Shown here: piece after piece, positions 54,206 to 64,000 of the stretch
How the letters are laid out: the number at the start of each line of letters is the position of its first letter
Position numbering within the stretch: the first letter of the stretch is position 1
NCBI RefSeq assembly: GCF_009914755.1
Contig: NC_060939.1
Origin: the human T2T-CHM13v2.0 reference genome, Homo sapiens
Direction: 5' to 3' (one strand)
Length of the DNA stretch: 64,000 nt
The notes under the pieces: generated by a model
Seen by the model: only the letters and a program-made list of their open reading frames with translations
Databases searched by the model: none
What the model was told of the DNA's origin: nothing
Program-made: the position numbers and the translations under genes

Positions 54206-55696
54206 TATGAAACAGAGCAGCAAATGTAAGAAATCGTGTTTGCTGTGTATACTTGTCAGCATAATGTCACACATTCCCTGACTCCGTGATGAAGTGCAGC
54301 TCTCCAAAAAACGCTTTGAAGACAAAACAGGATAGAATATATGTTCCCCATGTCTCTTGTCTGAGCCTCTATATTCCTTAAAATATAAATGATCCTAATC
54401 CTGACCCTTTTCTACACAAAAGATAATGTCTGACAGGGTTCGTGATTATGCCCGTGTAATCTGTAAGCAGATGTATCGATGTAGGGGTGGGTTGCCCCTC
54501 CACACCTGTGGGTGTTTCTCGTAAGGTGGAACGAGAGACTTAGGAAAGAAAAAGACACAGAGACAAAGTATAGAGAAAGAAGTAAGGGGACCCGGGGAAC
54601 CAGCGTTCAGCATATGGAGGATCCCGCCAGCCTCTGAGTTCCCTTAGTATTTATTGATCATTCGTGGGTGTTTCTCAAAGAGGGGGATGTGTCAGGGTCA
54701 CAAGACAATTGTGGGGAGAGGGTCAGCAGACAAACACGTGAACAAAGGTCTTTGCATCATAGACAATGTAAAGGATTAAGTGCTGTGCTTTTAGATATGC
54801 ATACACATAAACATCTCAATGCTTTACAAAGCAGTATTGCTGCCCGCAGGTCCCACCTCCAGCCCTAAGGCGGTTTTTCCCTATCTCAGTAGATGGAGCA
54901 TACAATCGGGTTTTATACCGAGACATTCCATTGCCCAGGGACAGGCAGGAGACAGATGCCTTCCTCTTGTCTCAACTGCAAGAGGCATTCCTTCCTCTTT
55001 TACTAATCCTCCTCAGCACAGACCCTTTACGGGTGTCGGGCTGGGGGACGGTCAGGTCTTTCCCTTCCCACGAGGCCATATTTCAGACTATCACATGGGG
55101 AGAAACCTTGGACAATACCTGGCTTTCCTAGGCAGAGGTCCCTGCGGCCTTCCGCAGTTTTTGTGTCCCTGGGTACTTGAGATTAGGGAGTGGTGATGAC
55201 TCTTAAGGAGCATGCTGCCTTCAAGCATCTGTTTAACAAAGCACATCTTGCACCGCCCTTAATCCATTTAACTCTGAGTTGACCCAGCACATGTTTCAGA
55301 GAGCACGGGGTTGGGGGTAAGGTTATAGATCAACAGCATCCCAAGGCAGAAGAATTTTTCTTAGTACATAACAAAATGGAGTCTCCCATGTCTATTTCTT
55401 TCTACACAGACACAGTGACAATCTGATCTCTCTTGCTTTTCCCCACATATCTACACCCACACATTGATGTGATTCTGCTTTAATGTAGCTTCTAAGCAAG
55501 TCCAATATGATTCTGCACTTACTGGATCTTCACAGCTTGTATATAAACTGTGGGCTAAAGACCTGCACCAGAGCAGTCTGACAGAACCTCTCTGAAAGAC
55601 TTCTCCTAGGCTGTAATCCTCAGTCTCTTGTTCTCAGACCCCTAAATAAATCTAACTTTAATTTCTTAAAAGCTTAATTTTTTTCTTTAGTTGACA
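54206..55696 (+). mobile_element. ERV1 3' LTR (MER65-like), split by LTR5_Hs
   Basis: Follows the PPT; TATATAAA and AATAAA in 55448-55696; ends TTTCTTTAGTTGACA. Confidence 0.65.
54480..55447 (-). mobile_element. HERV-K(HML-2) solo LTR, LTR5_Hs type, 968 bp
   Basis: Reverse complement TGTGGGGAAAAGCAAGAGAGATCAGATTG...GGGGCAACCCACCCCTACA; 6-bp TSD TATCGA/TATCTA. Confidence 0.96.
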
Positions 55697-56064
55697 CCAA
55701 AAATCTCCCCAGCCAGATCCACAAAGTTTTCGGTATTTTTCCTATATTTTATATCATTCCAGGCAAGGGTTTTCTAACTCTCCCATCAGAATACGACTTT
55801 GGTGCGTTTTCCTCAGCCTCCACTGATGATTTTTTCTCATTATCCTTAAAGCCCTTTCCAGTAGACTTCTTAAGCTCTTTCAAGTTTTCAGTCTCCTTAA
55901 GGACCATTCAGTGTTTACTGTCAGTTCCCAGAATGCTTTTACAGGTTTTGCTGTCATTTTCCTTGAAGTCTGTTCACTTTTCACTAACAGTCTTTGTGAA
56001 ATCCTTCTAGCTTCTATCCATTGTCTGATTCCAAAGCCAATGCCACATAGTTTAAGTTTATATT

Positions 56065-58905
56065 ATATTAGAGTGACATCTTATTCCACGTACCACAAAC
56101 CACCTCAGAACTTAGCAGCTTAAAACAACAAACTTAAAAAAATTGTGGACTTGTATTAGCGCAAGCAGGGCTTAGCTACGTGATTCTGCTCCGTGTGGTA
56201 TTAACTGTAGCCATCTGTGGTATTCAGCTGGCAGCTGGGTAGTCTGGAGAGTTGAAGGTGGCTTCAGTGATGTGCCTGTTTTATTAGTGGATTGGATGAA
56301 ATGTTGTGGTAAGGTGGGCCTCTCTTGCTCTCCGTGTAGTTTGAGAGCCTGTCTACATGATCTATTCAGCAGCAATATGGTTTGGCTGTGTCCCCACCCA
56401 AATCTCATCTTGAATTGTAGCTCCCATAATTTCCGTGTCTTGTGGGAGGGATCCAACGGGAGATAACTGAATCACAGGAGTATTTCCCCCATACTGTTCT
56501 CGTGGTCTTGAATAAGTCTCACAAGAGCTGATGATTTTATAAGGGGGTTCCCCTTTCACTCAGCTCTCATTCTGTCTTGTCTGCCATCATGTAGAGATGT
56601 GCCTTTTGCCTTCCACCATGATTGTGAGGCCTCCCCATCCACCTGGAAATGTGAGTCCATTAAGTGTCTTTTTCTTCATAAATCACTCAGTCTCAGGTAT
56701 GTCTTTATCAGCAGCATGAAAACAGACTAATACAGTACATTGGTACTGGTAGAGTGGGGTGCTGTTGTAAAGATAACCCAAAAATGTGGAAGCGACTTTG
56801 GAACTGGGTAACAGGCAGGGGTTGAAACAGTTTGGAGGGCTCAGAAAACGACAGGAAAATGTGGGAAAGTTTGGAACTTCCTAGAGACTTGTTGAATGGC
56901 TTTGACTAAAATGTCAAATAATGATATAGACAATGAAATCCATGCTGAGATGGTCTCAGATGGAGATGAGGAACTCACTGGGAACTGGAGTAAAGGTGTC
57001 TCTTGCTATCGAGAGAGACTGGCAGGATTTTGTCCCCGCCCTAGAGATTTGTGGAACTTTGAACTTGAGGGAGATGAGTTAGGGTATCTTGCAGAAGAAA
57101 TTTCTAAGCAGCAAAGCATTCAAGCGTGACCTGGGTGTGTTAAAAGCACTCAGTTTTAACAGGAAAACAGCATAAACGTTCAGAAAATTTGCAGCATGAC
57201 ACTGTGATAGAAAAGAAAAATCCATTTTCTGAGGAGAAATTCAAGCTGGCTGCAGAAATTTGCATAAGTAACAAGGAGCCAAATGTTAATCGCTAAGTCT
57301 TCAGGCCATGTCAGAGATCTTTGTGGCAGCCCCTTCCATCACACACCCAGAGGCCTAGGAGGAAAAAACGGTTTCATAGGCTGGGCCCAGGGCCTCCCTG
57401 CTGTTTGCCTGTGTACAGCCTAGGGACTTGGTGCTCTGTGTCCCAGCTGCTCCAGCCACAGCTAAAAGGGATCAAGGTACAGCTCAGGCCATGGCTTCAG
57501 AGGGTGCAAGCCGTGCAAGCCTCAAGCTTTGGCAGCTTCCATGTGGTGTTGAGCCTGTGGATTTACAGAAGTCCAGAATCGAGGTATGGGAACCTCCACC
57601 TAGATTTCAGAGAATGTATGGCAACGCCTGGATCTCCAGACAGAAGTTTGCTGCAGGGGTGAGGTCCTCATGGAGAACCTCTGCTAAGGCGGTGGGGAAT
57701 GGAAATGTGGGGTTGAAGCCCCCCAACACAGAGTCCCCACTAGGGTACTGCCTAGTGGAGCTGTGAGAAGAGGGCTGCTGTCCTCCAGACCCCAGAATGG
57801 TAGATCCACCGACAGCTTGCACTGTGTGCCTGGAAAAGCTGCATACAATGCCAGCCTGTGAAAGCAACCAGGAGGAAGGCTCTCCCCTGCAAAACCACAG
57901 GGGTGGAGCTGCCTGAGACCATGGGAACCCACCACTTGCATGAGTATGACCTGGATGTGAGACATAGAGTCAAAGGAGATCATTTTGGAGCTTTAAGATT
58001 TGACTGTCCCACTGGATTTCGGACTTGCTTGGAGCCTTTAGTCCCTTTGTTTTGGGTAAATTTTACCATTTGGAACAGCTGCATTTACCCAATGCCTGTA
58101 CTCCTATCGTATCTAGAAAATAACTAAATTGCTTTTGATTTTACAGGCTTATATGTGGAAGAGACTTGCCCTGTCTCAGGTGAGACTTTGGACTGCCAAC
58201 TTTTGAGTTAATGCTGAAGTGAGTTAAGACTTTTGGGGACTATTGGGAAGGCATGATTGGTTTTGAAATGTGAGGACATGAGATTTGGGAGGTGCCAGAG
58301 GCAGAATGAGGTGGTTTGGCTGTGTCCTTTCCCAAATCTCATCTTGAATTGTAGCTCCCATAATTCCCATGTGTTGTGGAGGGACCTGGTGAGAGATAAT
58401 TGAATGATGGGGTGGCTCCCCCATACTGTTCTTATGGTCGTGAATAAGTCTCATGAGAGCTGATGACTTTACAAGGGGCTTCCCCTTTCACTCAGCTCTC
58501 ATTGTCTCTTGTCTGCTCCCATGTAATGCATACTTTTCACCTTCTGCCATGATTGTGAGGCCTCCCCATCCACATGGAACTGTGATTCCATGAAACTCTT
58601 TTTATTCATAAATTACCCGGTCTTGGATATGTCTTTATCAGCAGCATGAAAATGGACTAATGCAAGCAGAATAAGCAGAATTCTTCGATACTGACTCAGC
58701 ACCCCACACACGTTGGTTCCAAGATGTAGAAATGGAAGCTTCAAGGCTTTTAACATCTGGACATCAAAACTGGAAGTTTTACTTTCACTGTATTTTATTG
58801 GTCAAAGCAGTCAAAGAGCCCACCCAGGTTCAAGGAGAAAGAATATGTCCCCACGTTTTCAACGGGATGGTGCCACAAAATTTCTAGTCATCTTAATTCA
58901 CCACA
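56065..58905 (-). mobile_element. Old MLT1 LTR split by the THE1 provirus
   Basis: ACAAACCACCTCAGAACTTAGCAGCTTAAAACAAC (56095) continues at 58670 with CACTGTATTTTATTGGTCAAAGCAGTCA...CACCACA. Confidence 0.75.
56373..58664 (+). mobile_element. Complete THE1 (THE1A/B-like) MaLR provirus
   Basis: 5' LTR 56373-56734, internal 56735-58306, 3' LTR 58307-58664; perfect 5-bp TSD AGCAG. Confidence 0.95.
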
Positions 58906-59419
58906 GATAGAAATATGAAGAGCTCATTTGTTATGTTATTTGTGAATGCAGACTAAACATATTTGTTGGTTTATATAGTAGTGGGAAAGTGAGAACTTTT
59001 AAAATATTCAACTTTTAGCCCTTGACATGCAAAATGAGTTCATTACATGGTAAGGATGAGGGAGAAAGAAAAGATCTGAAAAAGTAGAAGAGTGATGGAT
59101 TCAGAAAGCATAGGATGATTGTCAGTGTGATTGTTTTATCTAGCCACATATAGCTGTGTGGTATCAAGATGTAGAAGGCAGAGAGTTGGATTTATCAGGA
59201 TTGTTGTTTGGAAGAGTGAGTACAATCATTACGAGGGAGCAAGGTATTGATCATGGAATATAAAGTGGGAAAAGAGGTAAGGTAAGAAGGATATCAGTAA
59301 AGTGAATGACAGCATAAATATGGTAGAACCATTGGATTGGTGGCTCTGGAGGAACTGAATAATTATTAGACTTGAAGCATTAGATGGTGCACTAGTGAGG
59401 GCATCTCCAACTAAGTCTA

Positions 59420-60095
59420 CCATCAAGTCCTGGTGATTTATTATCTCAAATATATGACAAATTTATCTACTTATTTCCAAAACTCCCATATCTAGTTTAA
59501 GTAAGCAAATTTCTTGCCTTGGCAAGCATGTTGCTTTCTAATTGACTCACCTGTATCCAATTTGAATTCCTTAAAATCCATTCTATACATTGTAACCTTA
59601 GTGATATTTACAAATGTGAAATCTGGTCAAATCATTCTTCTGCTTAGTAGTCTTGGATTTCTCATTCTCTTAGGAAGCATCTTCCACTACTTATTTCAGC
59701 ATTATCTGCACAATGCTTCCCCTCACTTCCTCACAATGTGGTTTCAGGCACAACTCCCAAGGCCCCACTCTGGCCTCGGGGAGCAGATTGTTCCCCCTGC
59801 AGGAAAACCTTTGTTCTCCACTCAGTTAACTGCTGTTTACCCTTTAGATCTCAGCTTCAGTGTTGCTTTCTTAGGGGAAACTTCTCTGACTCACATCAAA
59901 TCCCTCTCTTATAGTAATTTTCATTGTATTTCAGAGTAATTTTTATGGTTGCAATTTTACATTTGTGTGATTGTTTGATTAATCTCTGTCTCCTCCACGA
60001 AAACTCCAAGATGCAGGAACTATATCTTACTGGCATTCAGCACAATACCTGGCACATAGGTGTTCAAAAAATACTAATAGGGTAAATAAATGAAT
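59420..60095 (+). mobile_element. L2 3' portion
   Basis: CTTTAGATCTCAGCTTCAGTGTTGCTTTCTTAGGGGAAACTTCTCTGAC...CAGCACAATACCTGGCACATAGGTGTTCAA. Confidence 0.75.
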
Positions 60096-60639
60096 TAATT
60101 TTATGCTTTTATTTTAATATTTTCATGGTATTAATATTTCTCTCTATGTGATATTTTGTATGTACATATTTTCTTTTAATTTGAAGATTTATAGTTTATT
60201 TTAGTTATGTGCTGTATAAATTATATTTAGTTCTTTAATTTTTGTGTTATTTCCAAGGGTCCTCTCCATTGACTCTTTTAATATAGTTCCACTTTACCCC
60301 TTAAACCCACTTTCCTCTCCCACCGTCGTCATTCAACTTTATTTGATTTTGTTATTTTTAATTTTTCTAAGAATGACCTTTATCTTTTAAAATAATATTT
60401 AATCACCCATAACATAATTTGTTGATTCTCTCCCACTGTGAAAGTTGAATGGACCAGAATATATTTCTACTATCTTTCTCTTCTTATTTTTGTTATGAAT
60501 ATAATTAGTCTTTATACAGTTATGGTTTGTAACATCTGCATTCTGTTCTTTAACCGCAAACCCCAGAACATTTTGATATTAGGCTTCAGAATGCTCACTT
60601 GTATCATGTTATCTCTATTCATTTTTAGTGGATAGTTTT

Positions 60640-60781
60640 CTTTTTCAAGTTTTTCTGATAGAGATGGGGTCTTGCTATGTTGCCCAGGCTGGTCTTATCT
60701 TGAACTCCTGGGCTCAAGTGATTCTCCTGCCTTGGCCTTTCAAAGTGTTGGGACTGTAGGTGTTAGCCCCTGCGCCTGGCC
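60640..60781 (-). mobile_element. FLAM_C-type Alu monomer
   Basis: GAGATGGGGTCTTGCTATGTTGCCCAGGCTGG...CTGGGCTCAAG...GCGCCTGGCC. Confidence 0.85.
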
Positions 60782-62759
60782 TCTAATAGTTGTCTTCATT
60801 AAAGCCTCATGGGGACTCTATTTTTTTGTGTGTGTGGGTTGTTTATTTTGTGTTTGTGAAGTCCGGTAAATTCAGTTGCATCTGCCTTGATGTGGTCATA
60901 CTATAACACATTTTTTCTGGATAAAGATAAGCCCTTTAACCATTAGATTCAATGTTTTCTTCATTTCAGAAAAGTTTTCTTTTATCTTTGAATTTTTTAA
61001 CCAGATATTGTGAGCTCTTTCACACTAATTTCTCATTTGTTGGACCTGACTTTAATGTTACATTTCACCTTCTTGTGTTTTCTATTTCGTTTTGCTCAGG
61101 ATATATTTAAGCCTGTCATTTATATTCTTATCTGTGTTTTTAGCAGCATTATTCTCTCCACTTCCCACTTTTTCTCCTGCTTTTATTGATCTTCATTTCT
61201 TTCATGGTTGTCTTTACTCATTACATCCTGAATTTTGCCAGATTATTTTTTATCACTTTATTTTGTATTTATTTTCAATTATGTCTTCTAAATATCATTT
61301 CAGAGAGAAAACATTTTAGAGAAGGCATATTTTTAAAAAACAGAAAATTTGATCCTATTTTTTACTGCTTCATGGTATAATTTGTATGTTCTGTACCTTA
61401 TGTAATTTTCCCTTTTTCTTCTAGTATTTTTATAAAGGTCATCAAGTTTTATTTTTGTAATACAATTATTATAAATAATTATATAATATTATTAGTCTTT
61501 GAATATTCTAGATACTTGTGAAAGGATATTGTGGAGGAGGAGCTGGGGGTAGTAAGTATGATGGAAGGCAGACGAGTTTTGGAATCTTGTCTCCAAAACA
61601 CTCTCATCTGTTAGAATGACTCCTTGGCTATAGGATTGACTATGGCTTAGAGTGGATTCATAGTTGTTAATTTGGTCATGTGACTTGTGACTTATCCTTT
61701 TCTTTTCATAATAGAATGAAAATTGCCATCTGTCTGGCTTCTTCCCCATCTTTTTGCCTTCTTTCATTACACCACACACGTGTCCTAATTATTCCAAAGG
61801 TGATACATTTGCATGTTTCCCTTTAAACTCCTTTCCCTCTGTCACTCTGTGGAGGGTTCACATGCTGCAATATTTCTGTTCCAAGTAAAGATCACAGGTT
61901 TTGATCCTCAGTCCTCAGTATACACACCTCTTTTAGGGATTTCTGGGCTTCTTGACTAGCTCAAGCTCTTCAGAGGCATGCACTTTATCTTGGTGTTCAG
62001 TCTTGACTGGTTTAAACTTTTGATGTCCAGAAGGTTTTCTTCATTTGTTGTTGTGTGGAATTGGAAATATTTTCTAGCTTTTGTAAGGTTGTGGCTCATA
62101 TTTATATTTCTCCTGGTTTGAAAGAAGAGAGAGAAAGAAGTATCTCAAATTGAGACTCTTAGATTGGAAATCTGAATTTATTTACACGATTGAGATTGAT
62201 CTAGAGTTTTATTTTTTCTGCTGTAACTGAAATTTGGATTCAAGATTATATGTGTTTTGTGAATATGTTTGGTAACATTGTGACTTTTCTATAATTTAGG
62301 GAAGTTTGATGTAGGAGAAAGAGAAAAAATTTTTGAGAGAATCCTAAATTCATATATGGCCTAACCTTTTAATATCTATGTAATTTTAGATAATAAATAA
62401 TTTGTTTGAGATTATGTGGCTCTAACAACACCTGCTTCACAGTGTAATTATGAGGATTTCATAGAATTTGTATAGTGAGCGTTAGTTTTGATGTTACTTT
62501 AAACCTCTTTGCCTTATACATTCTATTTTTTCCATGGAATATTATATGATTTCATGTCCACATATTAATCTCATACTTTCAATTACATTTTATGTTTAAA
62601 TTGAATATTATGGTAATCGTTATGTAAATGATTAAAAATTTAAAGGGACAACATTTAATGTTGCTCTGGAATTCACTTTTAGTCATAAAATAAAGATTTA
62701 AAGTATCATCTGTAGACAATGGCAAAAGGCCTTTTTTGTCATAAGAAAATCAAATATGC

Positions 62760-63056
62760 TTTATTTCACCCAATTAACAGTTTCTGGGCTTGGCCATCCC
62801 GGGAAAACCAAAATGACCATAGGCGGTAATTCCCCAGGCCGTGTGATCTCAGTCTGGCATTCTCGGATCTCCAAGGCATCACTTTGGCCACTACCCTCTG
62901 GGGCTGTGATTAGCAGCTCTCTTCCTGTTTTATGCAGCTCTGTGTGTATGTCTGCAGTGATGCCGTACTGGATCTGGTTCATCTTGAGAGAACTATACCT
63001 ATCTGAATTTTTGATGATGCTGTTTTCTTAGTTCCCTTGGCAAAACAGGTAGGTGA
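62760..63056 (+). promoter_or_regulatory. Orphan copy of the OR4F promoter/first-exon module (copy 4)
   Basis: GTAATTCCCCAGGCC...GCATCACTTTGGCCACTACCCTCTGGGGCTGTGATTAGC...donor CAG|GTAGGT at 63049. Confidence 0.5.
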
Positions 63057-64000
63057 GGGATAGAAATAAAATCTATACTTAGTAAATCGGTGAGCCAAGG
63101 TCTGTGACTGGCAATGAGTGAATTACATTCTCCTCAGTTGGGTGCAATGTCTGCCTTCTGTGTGGCCATTTGCTGTTGCCACTAGAGAAGGAGGATGCAG
63201 CAGGGATCAGGCACCGTGGAGAAAAGTCGCCGTGTGTAGGCAGCTAAGAATGTAGGAAAATGAACATCTCGGCTCCCAAAGGACGAGAATAAAGCTGTAG
63301 AAGAATGTCAGGGAGGAATCTGAGTTGATAGTATGACTATTCATCCTTCTTCCCACATTTTCCCGACTGTTTAGCCCTACTTTTCTTCGCGTTGGGTCTC
63401 ATTTTCCTTCCTGTGTGGCCTGTGCCTTATGGTCAGCTCGGACGTCCATCAGTCTATCAAATGCCTAGAAACCTTTCGCCCTTTGTCACCTTCTGTGTCA
63501 CCCAGCATTCCCCTTCTCAGCCCTTTTCATTCTCATGGTGGAATCCTTTTGGTTTGATTTCAAGGGTCCAGCACTGTTGATGTCACAACAGAGTGGCATG
63601 GAAAGTTTCTGAAAATTTTGTCATCTAACCTCTCGTGGGGACTTTTAATTAATTCAGCTTTTGACAACTCCATCACATTCATTATATTATCCATTCATTC
63701 ATTCATTAATACATTTGACATTTATAATGTGTGCCAACAATGTGCCAGGTCAAAACTGCCCACTTACAATGTAGAACATTTCTGTAAATTTTATTTCAAT
63801 TTTCTTGTATTTCTTCTCCTTTATTCTACCATCCCACTTGATCTTCTGCCACAGAAGTTCTCTTCTCTCTCTCTTTGTTCTCTCTTCTCCTCCTTTATTC
63901 TTGATACCTGCTTCTGTGTTGGCTCCTCTAGGCCAGCACTTGTCCTCCTACCTCTGTGATGTTCTGTCTAGTTTATTGGTTCCTTTTCCTACTTTACATA

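Noticed and set aside
54668-55196. ORFs inside LTR5_Hs (and likewise in THE1 internal sequence and Alus)
   Set aside because: Chance open frames in repeat sequence; no retroviral gene content
62730-63020. Minus-strand segment ending in AATAAA and a short A run, with a 73-aa ORF; possible processed pseudogene
   Set aside because: No recognisable parent, poly(A) tail or TSD; better explained as the + strand promoter module, although an antisense terminal exon is not excluded

Overview
AT-rich, repeat-dense primate (human-like) DNA holding a tandem, + strand cluster of four family-4 olfactory receptor genes. Two are intact 312-codon genes, recognised as OR4F6 (220-1158) and OR4F15 (12688-13626). 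Two are single-lesion pseudogenes: OR4F14P-like (23242-24180, premature TGA) and OR4F13P-like (43146-44085, +1 insertion). This gene set matches the distal human 15q26.3 OR4F cluster as I recall it. The rest is mostly mobile DNA: Alus, L1PA/PB/MA/MC pieces, L2, MIR, two degraded ERVL proviruses, an ERV1 (MER4-group) remnant, a complete THE1 provirus, a 968-bp HERV-K(HML-2) LTR5_Hs solo LTR, a full-length HSMAR2 mariner, and MER20/MER2/MER58A. The most interesting unexplained signal is a ~250-bp non-coding module that recurs four times (~6480, ~20020, ~37245, ~62760). It carries homeodomain and O/E(EBF)-like motifs and ends in a splice donor. Three copies lie 3-6 kb upstream of an OR CDS; the fourth has no gene in the window and predicts another OR4F gene beyond the right edge. 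Also notable: a positionally conserved out-of-frame uATG at -28, AG|GT acceptor junctions, a possible TM3 gene-conversion tract, and a tandem L1PA pair with identical truncation points. I found no new protein-coding or prokaryote-type system. Repeat subfamily names come from remembered consensus sequences and need RepeatMasker/Dfam confirmation.
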